The position numbers and the translations under genes are program-made. A DNA stretch of 63,383 nucleotides, counting the filler, from Octopus bimaculoides (taxonomy: Eukaryota): assembly GCF_001194135.2 (NCBI RefSeq). It is 6 parts of 5 records of this genome, joined end to end, with 100 filler letters (N's around TTAATTAATTAA, not from the genome) between each part and the next. Parts side by side here need not be neighbours in the genome. Positions count along the whole stretch, not along the records: positions 49,480 to 58,525 come from NC_068993.1; positions 58,626 to 61,280 come from NC_068991.1; positions 61,381 to 63,383 come from NW_026437915.1; 3 more parts are not named here. One strand, given 5' to 3'. The notes beneath the pieces were generated by a model, which saw only the letters and a program-made list of their open reading frames with translations, was not told the origin of the DNA and searched no databases. Each line of letters begins with the position of its first letter. Position 1 is the stretch's first letter. Shown in pieces: positions 52,986 through 63,383 of this stretch.

Positions 52986-55379
52986 TCCAGAAGCACTCAC
53001 AGCAGTGTATTGGTTGAGAGGTCGGCCGCTCCTTCCAGTTGTCAGTTAGAGATTAAAGAAGAAGATTAATCTATACCCAGTCCTTCCTTGTAATCCTTAT
53101 TCTTCATCACTTCACCCTCACAGGTTTAAACAGAAATATTTTTGTGGCAAACCATATTATCCCATTTCCTTTTTCTGTCATCCATAAATAATTGTGAATT
53201 TATAAAAAAAAAAAAATTTAAATAATAAAAATTATATATTGTGTAGTTAGTGATACTCAGGTAGAGCACATGACAAAATTCACTAATGCTGTATTTAGTT
53301 ACTTTATGGTTGAAATACTACAGGTGTAGTCTTTTCTGTCAACCTTATAAGATCAATAAAGTCACTTAAACATTAGGTTCTATTCAAGTGATTTTTCATC
53401 TCACTGAAGTTCATTGCTTTGCACCAAAGGTAGAAATTATAAATGTTATATGAACATTTTTACTTTAGTGCTGACAATGAAGTGTTATGTATAGAGACCA
53501 CACCTTATTCTTTTCTTGAAAGTGACCATATATTACCACACGTTCCCTTCGCATTGGCGCATTCTCATTGGCCTATTCTTGCAGAGTATTAGTGCACTGG
53601 ACTTATGTCTTAATGGCCTCTACTAAACAGTGATACACAAATATTAAAGTACTGGTGACTTGCTAATGAGGATTGGTTGCTAATCAATCATTAATAATGA
53701 CACTAATTATAGCACACAATATTCTTTTGATTTTCTTTAATTGGCTATTAGCAGGGTTGGAGTTTCTGTGGTAGAAGAGTGACAGTCCCTTGGTTTTAAG
53801 AGTATGTTCCTGAGAAGAAGATAAATCATATTCTGTTTCAATCTATTTTCAGTGAAATTAGCTGCTGAGGGCAACAACTAAATGAAAATATTTATTAGAA
53901 TATATTGGTCATGATACAAGATGAGAGTTTGTGTAATTACAGTGAGTTTGGGATAATGAGACATGTTTCTAAGGTAACCTTCCTGTCATCCACCACTACT
54001 AGTTTGGATACATTGATATTGAGCCAAAACTGGTCTAAGCAGCCTAATGGTGACAGGCTTATGCTCAGCGAAGTATAGTCTTCTTGTTGTCCACCACTGC
54101 TGAGTAGTATGGTAGTAGTACATTAATACTTGGCCACATTATGCTGGCATGATGTTGATGAATATGTATATTCAGTCAAGAATCTTTCTAAAAATTAAAC
54201 CAGTTTTGATAAAAATTACTGAGGCACAAGATGCCTTATTTATCTATATATATAACATCATCCTCCTCTTCATCATCATTTAACATTCGTCTTCTTTGCT
54301 AGCATGGTTTGGATGGTTTGACCAGAGCTGGTAAGGCCAGGAACCACACCATGTCAGTCATGCTCCCTCCCTTCTCCACAGTAGATAAAGGTAGTGGGGG
54401 TGGAAGCTGGAAGATAGATAAAGAGAGGGGTAATGGGGTGCCAGAATATATTCACAAAGTATGAAAAGGCAAGGGAAAATATAGATTTCGAATCAGGAGG
54501 GTAGGAAGGTATGGGAGGAGAGTGACAGGTAGGTTGATATTGAGGGAGAGTTGGCCATAGTGAGTGATGGAAAAAGGTAGGTGTGACTGATGGTAAATAT
54601 TAGTCTGCAGGATGAGGGGGGAGAGACAGAGGTGGCTCAGGAACAAGGAATTGACTTGCACCAGGACAAGAGATGTAGGAAGTGGCAGTGTCATATATCT
54701 GTAGATAGAGAGAAGGGAGATGTGCCGGGTGCAACAGTGGAGAGAGTGAGAGACTAATGAACTGTATCAGAGAAGGCCAAAATCACGTGACCTGAGATTC
54801 TCAGCGCTGGAGATGGTGGGAATTTATCTCCTTGCTAGTGATATAAACAAGCGCGTATTTTGCACTAAAATCTAATATGAAAGTTTCTCTCGTGGTATCT
54901 ACCACAGTATAATTTATTCTAACAGAACATCCATGTTTAAGTGGGGGTAAATATTACCTCATGGTATTAATGCTGCCTCTGTCGCTAAATATATATTTCA
55001 TGTGATGGAGATGGTGGTCAAAGGTATATGAAGATGGCAATAAGGAATGGGGCAACAAAGGTGGTGGAGGTATTGATGGCAAATAAGTGAGGAAGTTGAG
55101 ATGTAGCTTTGAGAAAATAGTATTGTTACTGAAAGGCACAAGAAGTGAGTGATCAGTGGAAAGTAGTATTGACTGGGATGATTATAAGGGTGAGTGCCAA
55201 TGGGTGGATAAGTATTTGCTGACACTGTTCTCAAATGATTGCGGTTGTTGAATAGTACCATTGTTAGAAGAGTAATGCGGGATGGGTGCTTGTAAAATAA
55301 GATGTAGTGTTGAGTTTGCTTGACATAGACAAACTATATGTAGAGTCTATCATGATACTTTTAGGACCTCACTTCCGCT

Positions 55380-55660
55380 ACGACAGACAGGTCTTCTGAG
55401 CATGGAAAATTACCAGTCATTTCGATCTTTTGTCATCTTCTCCATGAGGTTCAATATTTTGAGATCAGTTCTCACCACTTCATCCCATATCTTCCTGGGT
55501 CACCCTCGTCCATAAGTCTCATCCACTCTAAGTGACTGGCACTTCTTTAAGTAGCTGTCTTCATTCATATGCATTACATGACCAAATCAATGTTGTCAAC
55601 TCTCTTGTGAGCTACATCTGATGCCTCTTATACCTAATTTTTCTCTCAACACTGAGTGAG
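55380..55660 (-). mobile_element. Decayed RTE LINE 3' coding end
   Basis: LREKLGIRGIRC...FGHVMHMNEDSYLKKC...GRG*PRKIWDEVVRTDL...MTKDRNDW. Confidence 0.8.
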
Positions 55661-55865
55661 TAGGCTAAATAACTTGACAAGAAACCCTTTATTTGCTCCA
55701 GGACAAAAATAAAAATCAACTGGTGCATTGATATTATGTGAATGGGTGACATGTACAGAAATAGCCCCCCCCTCTCTCCAAACACACACATACACACACA
55801 CTAATTAATGTATTAAATTGTAATCATTCAGCTGCTTATCATTTTTATTTTTATATAATTTTCAG

Positions 55866-56070
55866 GAAAAACAAAGCATATATGAAGACACCTTGGCATG
55901 CCGTTCGTGTTGGAGACTTAGTACATTTGTCGTGCAATGAAGTCATTCCTGCTGACATTTTGTTGTTAAGGTCTAGTGATTCATCTGGCCTTTGTCACAT
56001 AGAAACAAGCAATGTTGATGGGGAAAACAACCTTAAACAAAGATTCTGTGTACAAGTCAATAAAAAACAG
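55866..56070 (+). CDS. ATP10: Internal exon of a P4-type ATPase (phospholipid flippase), class 5 / ATP10-like, actuator domain
   Basis: Acceptor TTTTCAG|G, donor CAG|GTTAGT, 205 nt (first base completes the upstream codon, ends in phase 0). [68 protein letters not shown]; the [15 protein letters not shown] and GLCHIET motifs fit the ATP10 subfamily. Confidence 0.93.
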
Positions 56071-56740
56071 GTTAGTATTGAGTGATACTTTACAACCTCA
56101 TGGCTTCTCGATTTCCAGTCTAACCTTGCAGTTGTCTGTCTTGCATAGAGATTACATGAGTTAGGTAATCCAATACCTCAAGCAGGCATGAGTAACTTAA
56201 AGTTATTGCTGATCAAGTATTTGATTTTTGTTTTCTCTTGTATAAACTAATGAATTTTATATTGTTTTATGCTTAGAAACTACTATGGTGAAATAAATTT
56301 TTATCAAGTAACACCTTTAATAATCAAATATCTACCTACTTGCTATATATTTACTTTACTCTTATCTAACTTTATTTATTAATTTGTTTTAATTTTTAAT
56401 ATTTGCCTTTACTTAATCTGAAAATAGATTACAACCATTGTAACTGGGAGAATATACCTCAGGTGAACATATGGCATACTAAGTATAAATATGTTACTAT
56501 CTCAGGTACGTAATATAGTGAGTTGAAAAGCTCCAGTTAACAGCTATTATCTGCAAAATTAATAAGCGAAAACATTGTCAGGAGTATTGGGAATTTAAAA
56601 ACGACAAAGAGATAACACCAAGAAAATAATTTCTTTGCATTTTGGGAAACAATAGATGATGTACTGCAGGAATGGAACAGTCTTTAAAGCTAGCTGGTGA
56701 AAGCAACAGGCATGTTTTAGTCATGTTTTAGACCTAAGGA

Positions 56741-56779
<39 letters not shown>

Positions 56780-57044
56780 ATTAGTATAGACAATCATGTG
56801 CAATGTGTTACCATAAAAGAAAACTATAGTTGTCATTAAATATGACTAGGGTGTTACAGCACCTATTTGCTGAGAATAAGGGTTAAAAATCTCCATTGCT
56901 GTAGTTAAAGCACACGATCGTATACATATGTACTGACAAGGGCTGTAATTGCCCCAAAACACCAGTTCAGAAATTCCCAATACTGATGAGTTGGTTTTGC
57001 ACTAAATTCATTGGCTCATCAGCATATATATATATATTTCATAA

Positions 57045-57220
57045 TCATTATCATCATTTCATGTCCATTTTCCATGCTGGCATGGGGTGGACAGTTTGAG
57101 TGGGGAGTGGCAAGCCAGGAGGCTGCACCAGGCTCTAATCTGATCTGGTAAAGTTTCTACAGGTGGATGCACTTCCTAACACCAACCACTCCGAGAGTGT
57201 AGTAGGTGCTTTTTACACGT
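57045..57220 (-). mobile_element. Older RTE 3'-UTR copy immediately adjacent to the younger one
   Basis: CATCATTTCATGTCCATTTTCCATGCTGGCATGGGGTGGAC...ACCAACCACTCCGAGAGTGTAGTAGGTGC. Confidence 0.75.
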
Positions 57221-57254
57221 CAATGTATATATATTTAAGTATATATATATAAAT

Positions 57255-58525
57255 CATCATCATCATCGTTTAACGTCCGCTTTCCATGCTAGCATGGGTT
57301 GGACGATTTGACTGAGGACTGGTGGAACCCGAAGGCTACACCAGGCTCCAATCTGATTTGGCAGAGTTTCTACAGCTGGATGCCCTTCCTAACGCCAACC
57401 ACTCCGAGAGTGTAGTAGGTACTTTTACGTGTCACCTGCACGAAGGCCAGTCAGGCGATATTGGGAACGGCCACGCTCAAAATGGTGTATTTTATGTGCC
57501 ACCCGCACAAGAGCCAGTCCAGGGGCACTGGCAACGATCTTGCTCGAAAGTCCTTACACANNNNNNNNNNNNNNNNNNNNNNNNNNNNNNNNNNNNNNNN
57601 NNNNNNNNNNNNNNNNNNNNNNNNNNNNNNNNNNNNNNNNNNNNNNNNNNNNNNNNNNNNNNNNNNNNNNNNNNNNNNNNNNNNNNNNNNNNNNNNNNNN
57701 NNNNNNNNNNNNNNNNNNNNNNNNNNNNNNNNNNNNNNNNNNNNNNNNNNNNNNNNNNNNNNNNNNNNNNNNNNNNNNNNNNNNNNNNNNNNNNNNNNNN
57801 NNNNNNNNNNNNNNNNNNNNNNNNNNNNNNNNNNNNNNNNNNNNNNNAAGTGGGCTGGCTACGCCCCTGGCAGAGGCCTTGGATTTAGGTCTCACTTGGC
57901 TTGCCGGGTCTTCTCATGCACAGCATATTTTCAAAGGTCTCGGTCAGAAGTCATCGCCTCGGTGAGGCCCAATGTTCGAAGGTCTTGCCTCACCACCTCA
58001 TCCCAGGTCTTCCTGGGCCTACTTCTTCCACAGGTTCCCTCCACTGCTAGGGTGTGGGACTTTTTCACACAGCTATCCTCGTCCATTCTCACCACATGAC
58101 CATACCAACGCAATCGTCTCTCTTGCACACCACAACTGATGCTTCTTAGGTTCAACTTTTCTCTCAAGGTACTTACACTCTGTCTAGTATGCACACTAAC
58201 ATTACACATCTATCGGAGCATACTGGCTTCATTCCTTGCGAGCCTATGTATGTCTTTGGCAGTCACAGCCCATGTTTCACTGCCATGAAGCATGGCTGTT
58301 CGTACACATGCATCATACAGTCTGCCTTTTACTCTGAGCGAGAGGACCTTTGTCACCAGCAGAGGTAAGAGCTCTCAGAACTTTGCCCAGGCTATTCTTA
58401 TTCTAGCAGCTACACTTTCAGCGCACCCTCCCCCACTACTAACTTGGTCACCTAGATATCGGAAGCTATCAACCACTTCTAGTTTTTCTCCCTGGAATGT
58501 GGCAGAAGTTGTTTTCTGCACATTT
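57255..58525 (-). mobile_element. RTE-clade LINE, 3' part (post-RT ORF, 3' UTR, (GAT)n tail), interrupted by a gap
   Basis: NVQKTTSATFQGEKLEVVDSFRYLGD...AWAKF*ELLPLL...LHGSETWAVT...MLR*MCNV...RRLRWYGHVVRM...GRSRPRKTWDEVVRQDL; two nonsense changes. Confidence 0.93.
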
Positions 58526-58625
58526 NNNNNNNNNNNNNNNNNNNNNNNNNNNNNNNNNNNNNNNNNNNNTTAATTAATTAANNNNNNNNNNNNNNNNNNN
58601 NNNNNNNNNNNNNNNNNNNNNNNNN
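58526..58625. other. Artificial scaffold spacer
   Basis: N44-TTAATTAATTAA(58570-58581)-N44. Confidence 0.95.
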
Positions 58626-59505
58626 TATATATATATATATATATATATATATTCATATGTGTATGTATATGTGCATATACTTTTACATATGTGGACATGT
58701 ATTTGTATATATATTTTTGTATATTCGTCTGCTTATCTATATGTGTGTATGTTTGTATTTATGTAGATGTACAAGTAATTTCATGTGCGCATTTTTATGT
58801 GTTCATTGTGCAAGCTAAACAATGTATCTAATTGTTTTTAGATACTTTTCGAATGCCATCATGTAACACTCTTTTCCCTTTCTCTCTCTAATTTTCTGTC
58901 TCTCTTTTTTTATTTCTTTTTCATCTTTTCCACTGTTTTCTTTATGCCCCTCCACTTACTATTTTCTGATTTTTTCCTTCTCTTTCTTTTGCCTGTAACA
59001 ACTAACTTGTATAAGCATAAGCCAGATTTTGTGCATGTGCATATGTGTGCATGCTTACATACATATGCATTTGTATATATATATTTATGTCTGACTATAT
59101 ATGTCTGAGTATGTATGTAGCTATGTACCTGCATCTGTATGTTTAGTGTATATATGTATATTATAGATGGTTTGGTATGTGTATATACTGCTAAATGTAT
59201 ATGTAATCTAGCGTGAAAAATTTTTTTAAACAGATATATCTTTTAATTTATTAATTGATTAATACTTTACAGCTAATTATTTACCCTTGGTATTCAGGCC
59301 TTGTCCTTCTTTATAAGCTATTTTTGATTTAAGGTTTTCTTCGATTTTTATTTGATTTTATACTGCAATTTGTTATTGCACACAACCGGTTATTGAAAAG
59401 ACTGTTAGTTGAAAGGACCAATGAAACAAGACCATTTTCAAATGTGTATCTATCAAACTAATTGTATATTTTTGCTTATAGCCTTATTTTTGTTCCATTC
59501 TAAAC

Positions 59506-59551
59506 AAAACTGTCCGACGAATGGGAACGTGAAGCTCTGAGTAACAGTTTT
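59506..59551 (+). ncRNA. Second copy of the 41.4-kb hammerhead family; perfect stem I but mutated core (probably inactive)
   Basis: AAAACUGU CCGACGA AUG GGAA CGU GAAGC U CUG A GUA ACAGUUUU: stem I 8/8 pairs; core changes U4>C and A15.1>G. Confidence 0.55.
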
Positions 59552-59562
59552 TGTGATATTTT

Positions 59563-59636
<74 letters not shown>

Positions 59637-59844
59637 CATCAGCATGGCCGCAGCTCTAAGCTGAAACTTAAAAAAAAAAATTTAAAAAAATAAAACAATA
59701 ACAAACGAGCATATGCATACACACGCACAGGCACATGCACACCCACGCCTACCCGCACATATAGGTGCACATCTGGGCACAGGACATCGCAAACAAAACA
59801 TAGACAAGAAAACAATAATAACCAGAGCACAGAAAACACACAAA

Positions 59845-59945
59845 TGGCTGAGTACTCCACAGACATGCTTAACATTAATGTAGTTCTCAGGGAGATTCAG
59901 CCTCACACAGAATATGACAAGGCTGGCCCCTTTGAATTACAGCTA
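59845..59945 (-). mobile_element. SINE tail T1 fragment, CpG-depleted
   Basis: GGCTGAGTACTCCACAGACATG...TAATGTAGTTCTCAGGGAGATTCAG...GACAAGGCTGGCCCCTTTGAATTACAG. Confidence 0.7.
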
Positions 59946-59953
59946 CAACTCGA

Positions 59954-59987
<34 letters not shown>

Positions 59988-60284
59988 AATGTATTTGTGT
60001 GTGTGTGTGTGTGTGTGTATAGTATAGGTTAGTTAAAACATGTTTGCAATAATGAATGTTGTATGGTGGAAATAAACGCAATTACCAAACTTTCATTCAT
60101 AAATCCATTTATTATTTCTTTCTTGTGCATTTCAATTTGTACATTAAGGTTCTTTGAATATGTACGATGTATTTTAAGGTTAAATAGTAATTTTGTTTAT
60201 GTTTGTGTAACAGATATTTTGGTTGGATTATATAGTCATTGGTGTTACATTACTTTCTATATTCTGTAACTGTCACAATATACT

Positions 60285-60430
60285 TTTCTAGGCCTGAATT
60301 TTTTGTGGGGAATGGGCCAGTTGATTAGATTGACTCCAGTACACAACTGGTACTTAATTTATCAACCCCGAAGAGATGAAAGGCAAAGTCAACTTTGGCA
60401 GAATTTGAACTCAGAACATAAAGACAGTTG
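60285..60430 (-). mobile_element. SINE family N, CpG-depleted
   Basis: GGCCTGAATTTTTG...CAACTGGTACTTAATTTATCAACCCCGAAGAGATGAAAGGCAAAGTCAACTTTGGCAGAATTTGAACTCAGAAC. Confidence 0.8.
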
Positions 60431-60577
60431 GTCATAATATACAAACATTTCTCATTGCACCAGTACACTGTTTACACTGTACAATGCTTACATTCTTTGT
60501 TTTCCGTGAATTTTTCACAGGTCCAGCTAGTATATATAATTATATATATATATATATAATTCTTTTACGAGAATGAT

Positions 60578-60631
60578 ATCAACTGTGACTTTGAAGTTTC
60601 AACCAGCTAAGCCATCATCAGACAGCCTGAT
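60578..60631 (-). ncRNA. Type-I hammerhead-like motif forming one arm of a 17-bp perfect hairpin (60605-60643)
   Basis: 5'-AUCA G GCUGU CUGAUGA U GGCU UAGCU GGUU GAAAC U UCAA A GUC ACAGU UGAU-3': core, GUC triplet, 9-bp bulged stem I, weak wobble-rich stem II. Confidence 0.5.
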
Positions 60632-60759
60632 GATGGCTTAGCTAGCTGAAAATGAATCACTCTCAATACCATTGTTGTTAATAATATATTTGTACTCTAC
60701 AAGCATATGGAGTACTCCTTCATATTAATGTAAAATTGTTTTTATTGTAACTGAACATA

Positions 60760-60816
<57 letters not shown>

Positions 60817-60954
60817 CACACACACACATCAGTTGAGTATCTCATTCGTTGCCAGGTAATTTTCACAACAGAATGCCTTTATTTCAAATTCTGTTTGTTC
60901 CATGTCAGAACATGTCTCCTCCAATTGTTAGGCCTCTTGATCAGGTCAGATTTC

Positions 60955-61280
60955 TGCGCAGGAGAAATACCTAGCTAAGGATAAACCTCTGTACCTGGCT
61001 TTCGTTGACATGGAGAAAGCCTTTGACAGGGTCCCCCGATCCCTTATTTGGTGGTCAATGAGGAAACTTGGGATAGAAGAATGGTTAGTGAGAGCTGTGC
61101 GAGCCATGTACAGAGATGCTGCCAGTAAGGTGAGGGTTGGAAATGAGTACAGCAATGAATTCCGGGTAGAGGTAGGGGTCCACCAAGGTTCCGTCCTCAG
61201 CCCCCTCTTATTTACCATAGTCCTCCAGGCAATCACAGAGGAGTTCAAGACAGGTTGCCCCTGGGAGCTCCTCTATGCTG
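60955..61280 (+). mobile_element. RTE-clade LINE reverse-transcriptase fragment, open up to the gap
   Basis: QEKYLAKDKPLYLAFVDMEKAFDRVP...GVHQGSVLSPLLF...WELLYA, stopping just before YADD. Confidence 0.95.
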
Positions 61281-61380
61281 NNNNNNNNNNNNNNNNNNNN
61301 NNNNNNNNNNNNNNNNNNNNNNNNTTAATTAATTAANNNNNNNNNNNNNNNNNNNNNNNNNNNNNNNNNNNNNNNNNNNN
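61281..61380. other. Artificial scaffold spacer
   Basis: N44-TTAATTAATTAA(61325-61336)-N44. Confidence 0.95.
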
Positions 61381-61418
<38 letters not shown>

Positions 61419-61937
61419 AAGAAATAGGTTATGAAAAAGTGTTTATACATATATATATATATTTATATATATATCTTCTTCTCCTATATATTCATAGAAT
61501 AAGTACCAGTGGAACACTAGGAGTCGATGTAATCAACTTCTCCCATCCCCCCAAATTGCTGGCTTTGTGCCAAAATTTGAAATCAGTATACACACGCACA
61601 CAAGCGCGCGCATTCACGCACACACATACTCACATACTAAAATAGCTTATATATATGTATACATATTAATACATACATACATTATATAAACAGATGTGTG
61701 TATTTTTCCCTTGTTAAAAATTAACACGGAAAAATAGATAAATAGTTACCAGGGTAGCAAAAAAATCACACAAGTAAAGAGGGTGTAATTCCTTGTTTTT
61801 AAAGGTAGAAATTCTGGGTTTATGTGAAATATTTTGTATAATATAAATAAATAAATAAACGCTGGTGTTATTCAAATTTAACTCCATTTATTTATTTATA
61901 CATACAGAGTATATATATATATATATATATATATATA

Positions 61938-62150
61938 CTCTTTTACTTGTTTCAGTCTTTTGATTGTGCCATGCTGGAGCACCGCCTTTAGTCGAGCAAA
62001 TCGACCCCAGGACTTATTCTTTGGAAGCCTAGTACTTATTCTATCGGTCTCTTTTGCCAAACCGCTAGGTTACGGGGACATAAACACATCAGCATCGGTT
62101 GTCAAGCGATGTTGGGGGGACAAACACAGACATACAAACACATACACACA
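61938..62150 (-). mobile_element. SINE family A, 3' half, young
   Basis: Reverse complement of the 12520-12735 segment (CTCTTTTACTTGTTTCAGTC...GCTGGAGCACCGCCTTTAGTCGAGCAAATCGACCC). Confidence 0.9.
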
Positions 62151-62912
62151 NNNNNNNNNNNNNNNNNNNNNNNNNNNNNNNNNNNNNNNNNNNNNNNNNN
62201 NNNNNNNNNNNNNNNNNNNNNNNNNNNNNNNNNNNNNNNNNNNNNNNNNNNNNNNNNNNNNNNNNNNNNNNNNNNNNNNNNNNNNNNNNNNNNNNNNNNN
62301 NNNNNNNNNNNNNNNNNNNNNNNNNNNNNNNNNNNNNNNNNNNNNNNNNNNNNNNNNNNNNNNNNNNNNNNNNNNNNNNNNNNNNNNNNNNNNNNNNNNN
62401 NNNNNNNNNNNNNNNNNNNNNNNNNNNNNNNNNNNNNNNNNNNNNNNNNNNNNNNNNNNNNNNNNNNNNNNNNNNNNNNNNNNNNNNNNNNNNNNNNNNN
62501 NNNNNNNNNNNNNNNNNNNNNNNNNNNNNNNNNNNNNNNNNNNNNNNNNNNNNNNNNNNNNNNNNNNNNNNNNNNNNNNNNNNNNNNNNNNNNNNNNNNN
62601 NNNNNNNNNNNNNNNNNNNNNNNNNNNNNNNNNNNNNNNNNNNNNNNNNNNNNNNNNNNNNNNNNNNNNNNNNNNNNNNNNNNNNNNNNNNNNNNNNNNN
62701 NNNNNNNNNNNNNNNNNNNNNNNNNNNNNNNNNNNNNNNNNNNNNNNNNNNNNNNNNNNNNNNNNNNNNNNNNNNNNNNNNNNNNNNNNNNNNNNNNNNN
62801 NNNNNNNNNNNNNNNNNNNNNNNNNNNNNNNNNNNNNNNNNNNNNNNNNNNNNNNNNNNNNNNNNNNNNNNNNNNNNNNNNNNNNNNNNNNNNNNNNNNN
62901 NNNNNNNNNNNN

Positions 62913-62945
<33 letters not shown>

Positions 62946-63182
62946 TAGATAGATACATACATATATATATATAGATACATATATATATATATATAAATAT
63001 ATATATAAACACCCAGATAAATACTTACGCACACATACAGACACATGTATATAGATAGATAAACGCACTCAATCACTCATACTCATACACACTCATACAC
63101 ATACACACAGTCACTCTTACACATACACTCGCTCATACATGCGTAATAAGTGTATTTGTAAGTCTGCTGAGATACTCAAAAT

Positions 63183-63360
63183 ATATGGAAGCAACGAACT
63201 ATTAAAAGCATGTTTTTTACATGCTTTTATCTATTATTTTCTTTATTATTGCCTCAGCTCCGTAGCTGAAGGTTTAATCAAAAGATATATGATAAAAATA
63301 AAGAAAATAATAGTTAAAAGCATGTAAAAACATGCTTTTAATAGTTCGTTACTTCCATAT
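63183..63360. repeat. About 178-bp foldback element with nested palindromes
   Basis: Arms of about 65 bp, ATATGGAAG.AACGAACTATTAAAAGCATG...TATTATTTTCTTTATT, and their reverse complement; each arm contains AAAAGCATGT/ACATGCTTTT; central CAGCT-CCGT-AGCTG hairpin. Confidence 0.9.
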
Positions 63361-63383
63361 ATATATATATATATATATATATA

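Noticed and set aside
54360-55300. Purine-rich region as a Penelope GIY-YIG remnant
   Set aside because: No motif could be aligned convincingly by eye.
56983-57022. CTGATGAG...CTCATCAG hairpin as another hammerhead
   Set aside because: It lacks GAAA and a valid stem III or cleavage triplet on either strand; at best a heavily decayed relic.

Overview
AT-rich, microsatellite-dense eukaryotic genomic DNA from a fragmented draft assembly. The SINE and RTE repeat repertoire suggests an octopod cephalopod (inference from recognition, not a database search). Five artificial spacers (44 N + TTAATTAATTAA + 44 N) join six sub-scaffolds, so long-range order and orientation are uncertain. Only one coding exon is confidently recognisable: a 205-bp internal exon (55866-56070, +) from the actuator domain of a class-5 P4-ATPase lipid flippase (ATP10-like). 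Its motif reads DGEN instead of DGET. The rest is intronic or intergenic: several tRNA-derived SINE families, RTE and Jockey/CR1-like LINE remnants, decayed Tc1/mariner elements (including a DD37D maT copy and an internally deleted mariner with both TIRs), a Helitron-like 3' end and several foldback elements. The most notable signal is a set of four minimal type-I hammerhead ribozyme-like motifs from three unrelated sequence families (31.9, 41.4, 59.5 and 60.6 kb). Repeats are CpG-depleted in two domains, which may mark methylated gene bodies. No rRNA, bona fide tRNA, CRISPR array or prokaryotic gene was found. Almost all entries in the ORF track are microsatellite or N-run artefacts. Repeat boundaries are approximate unless termini are quoted.
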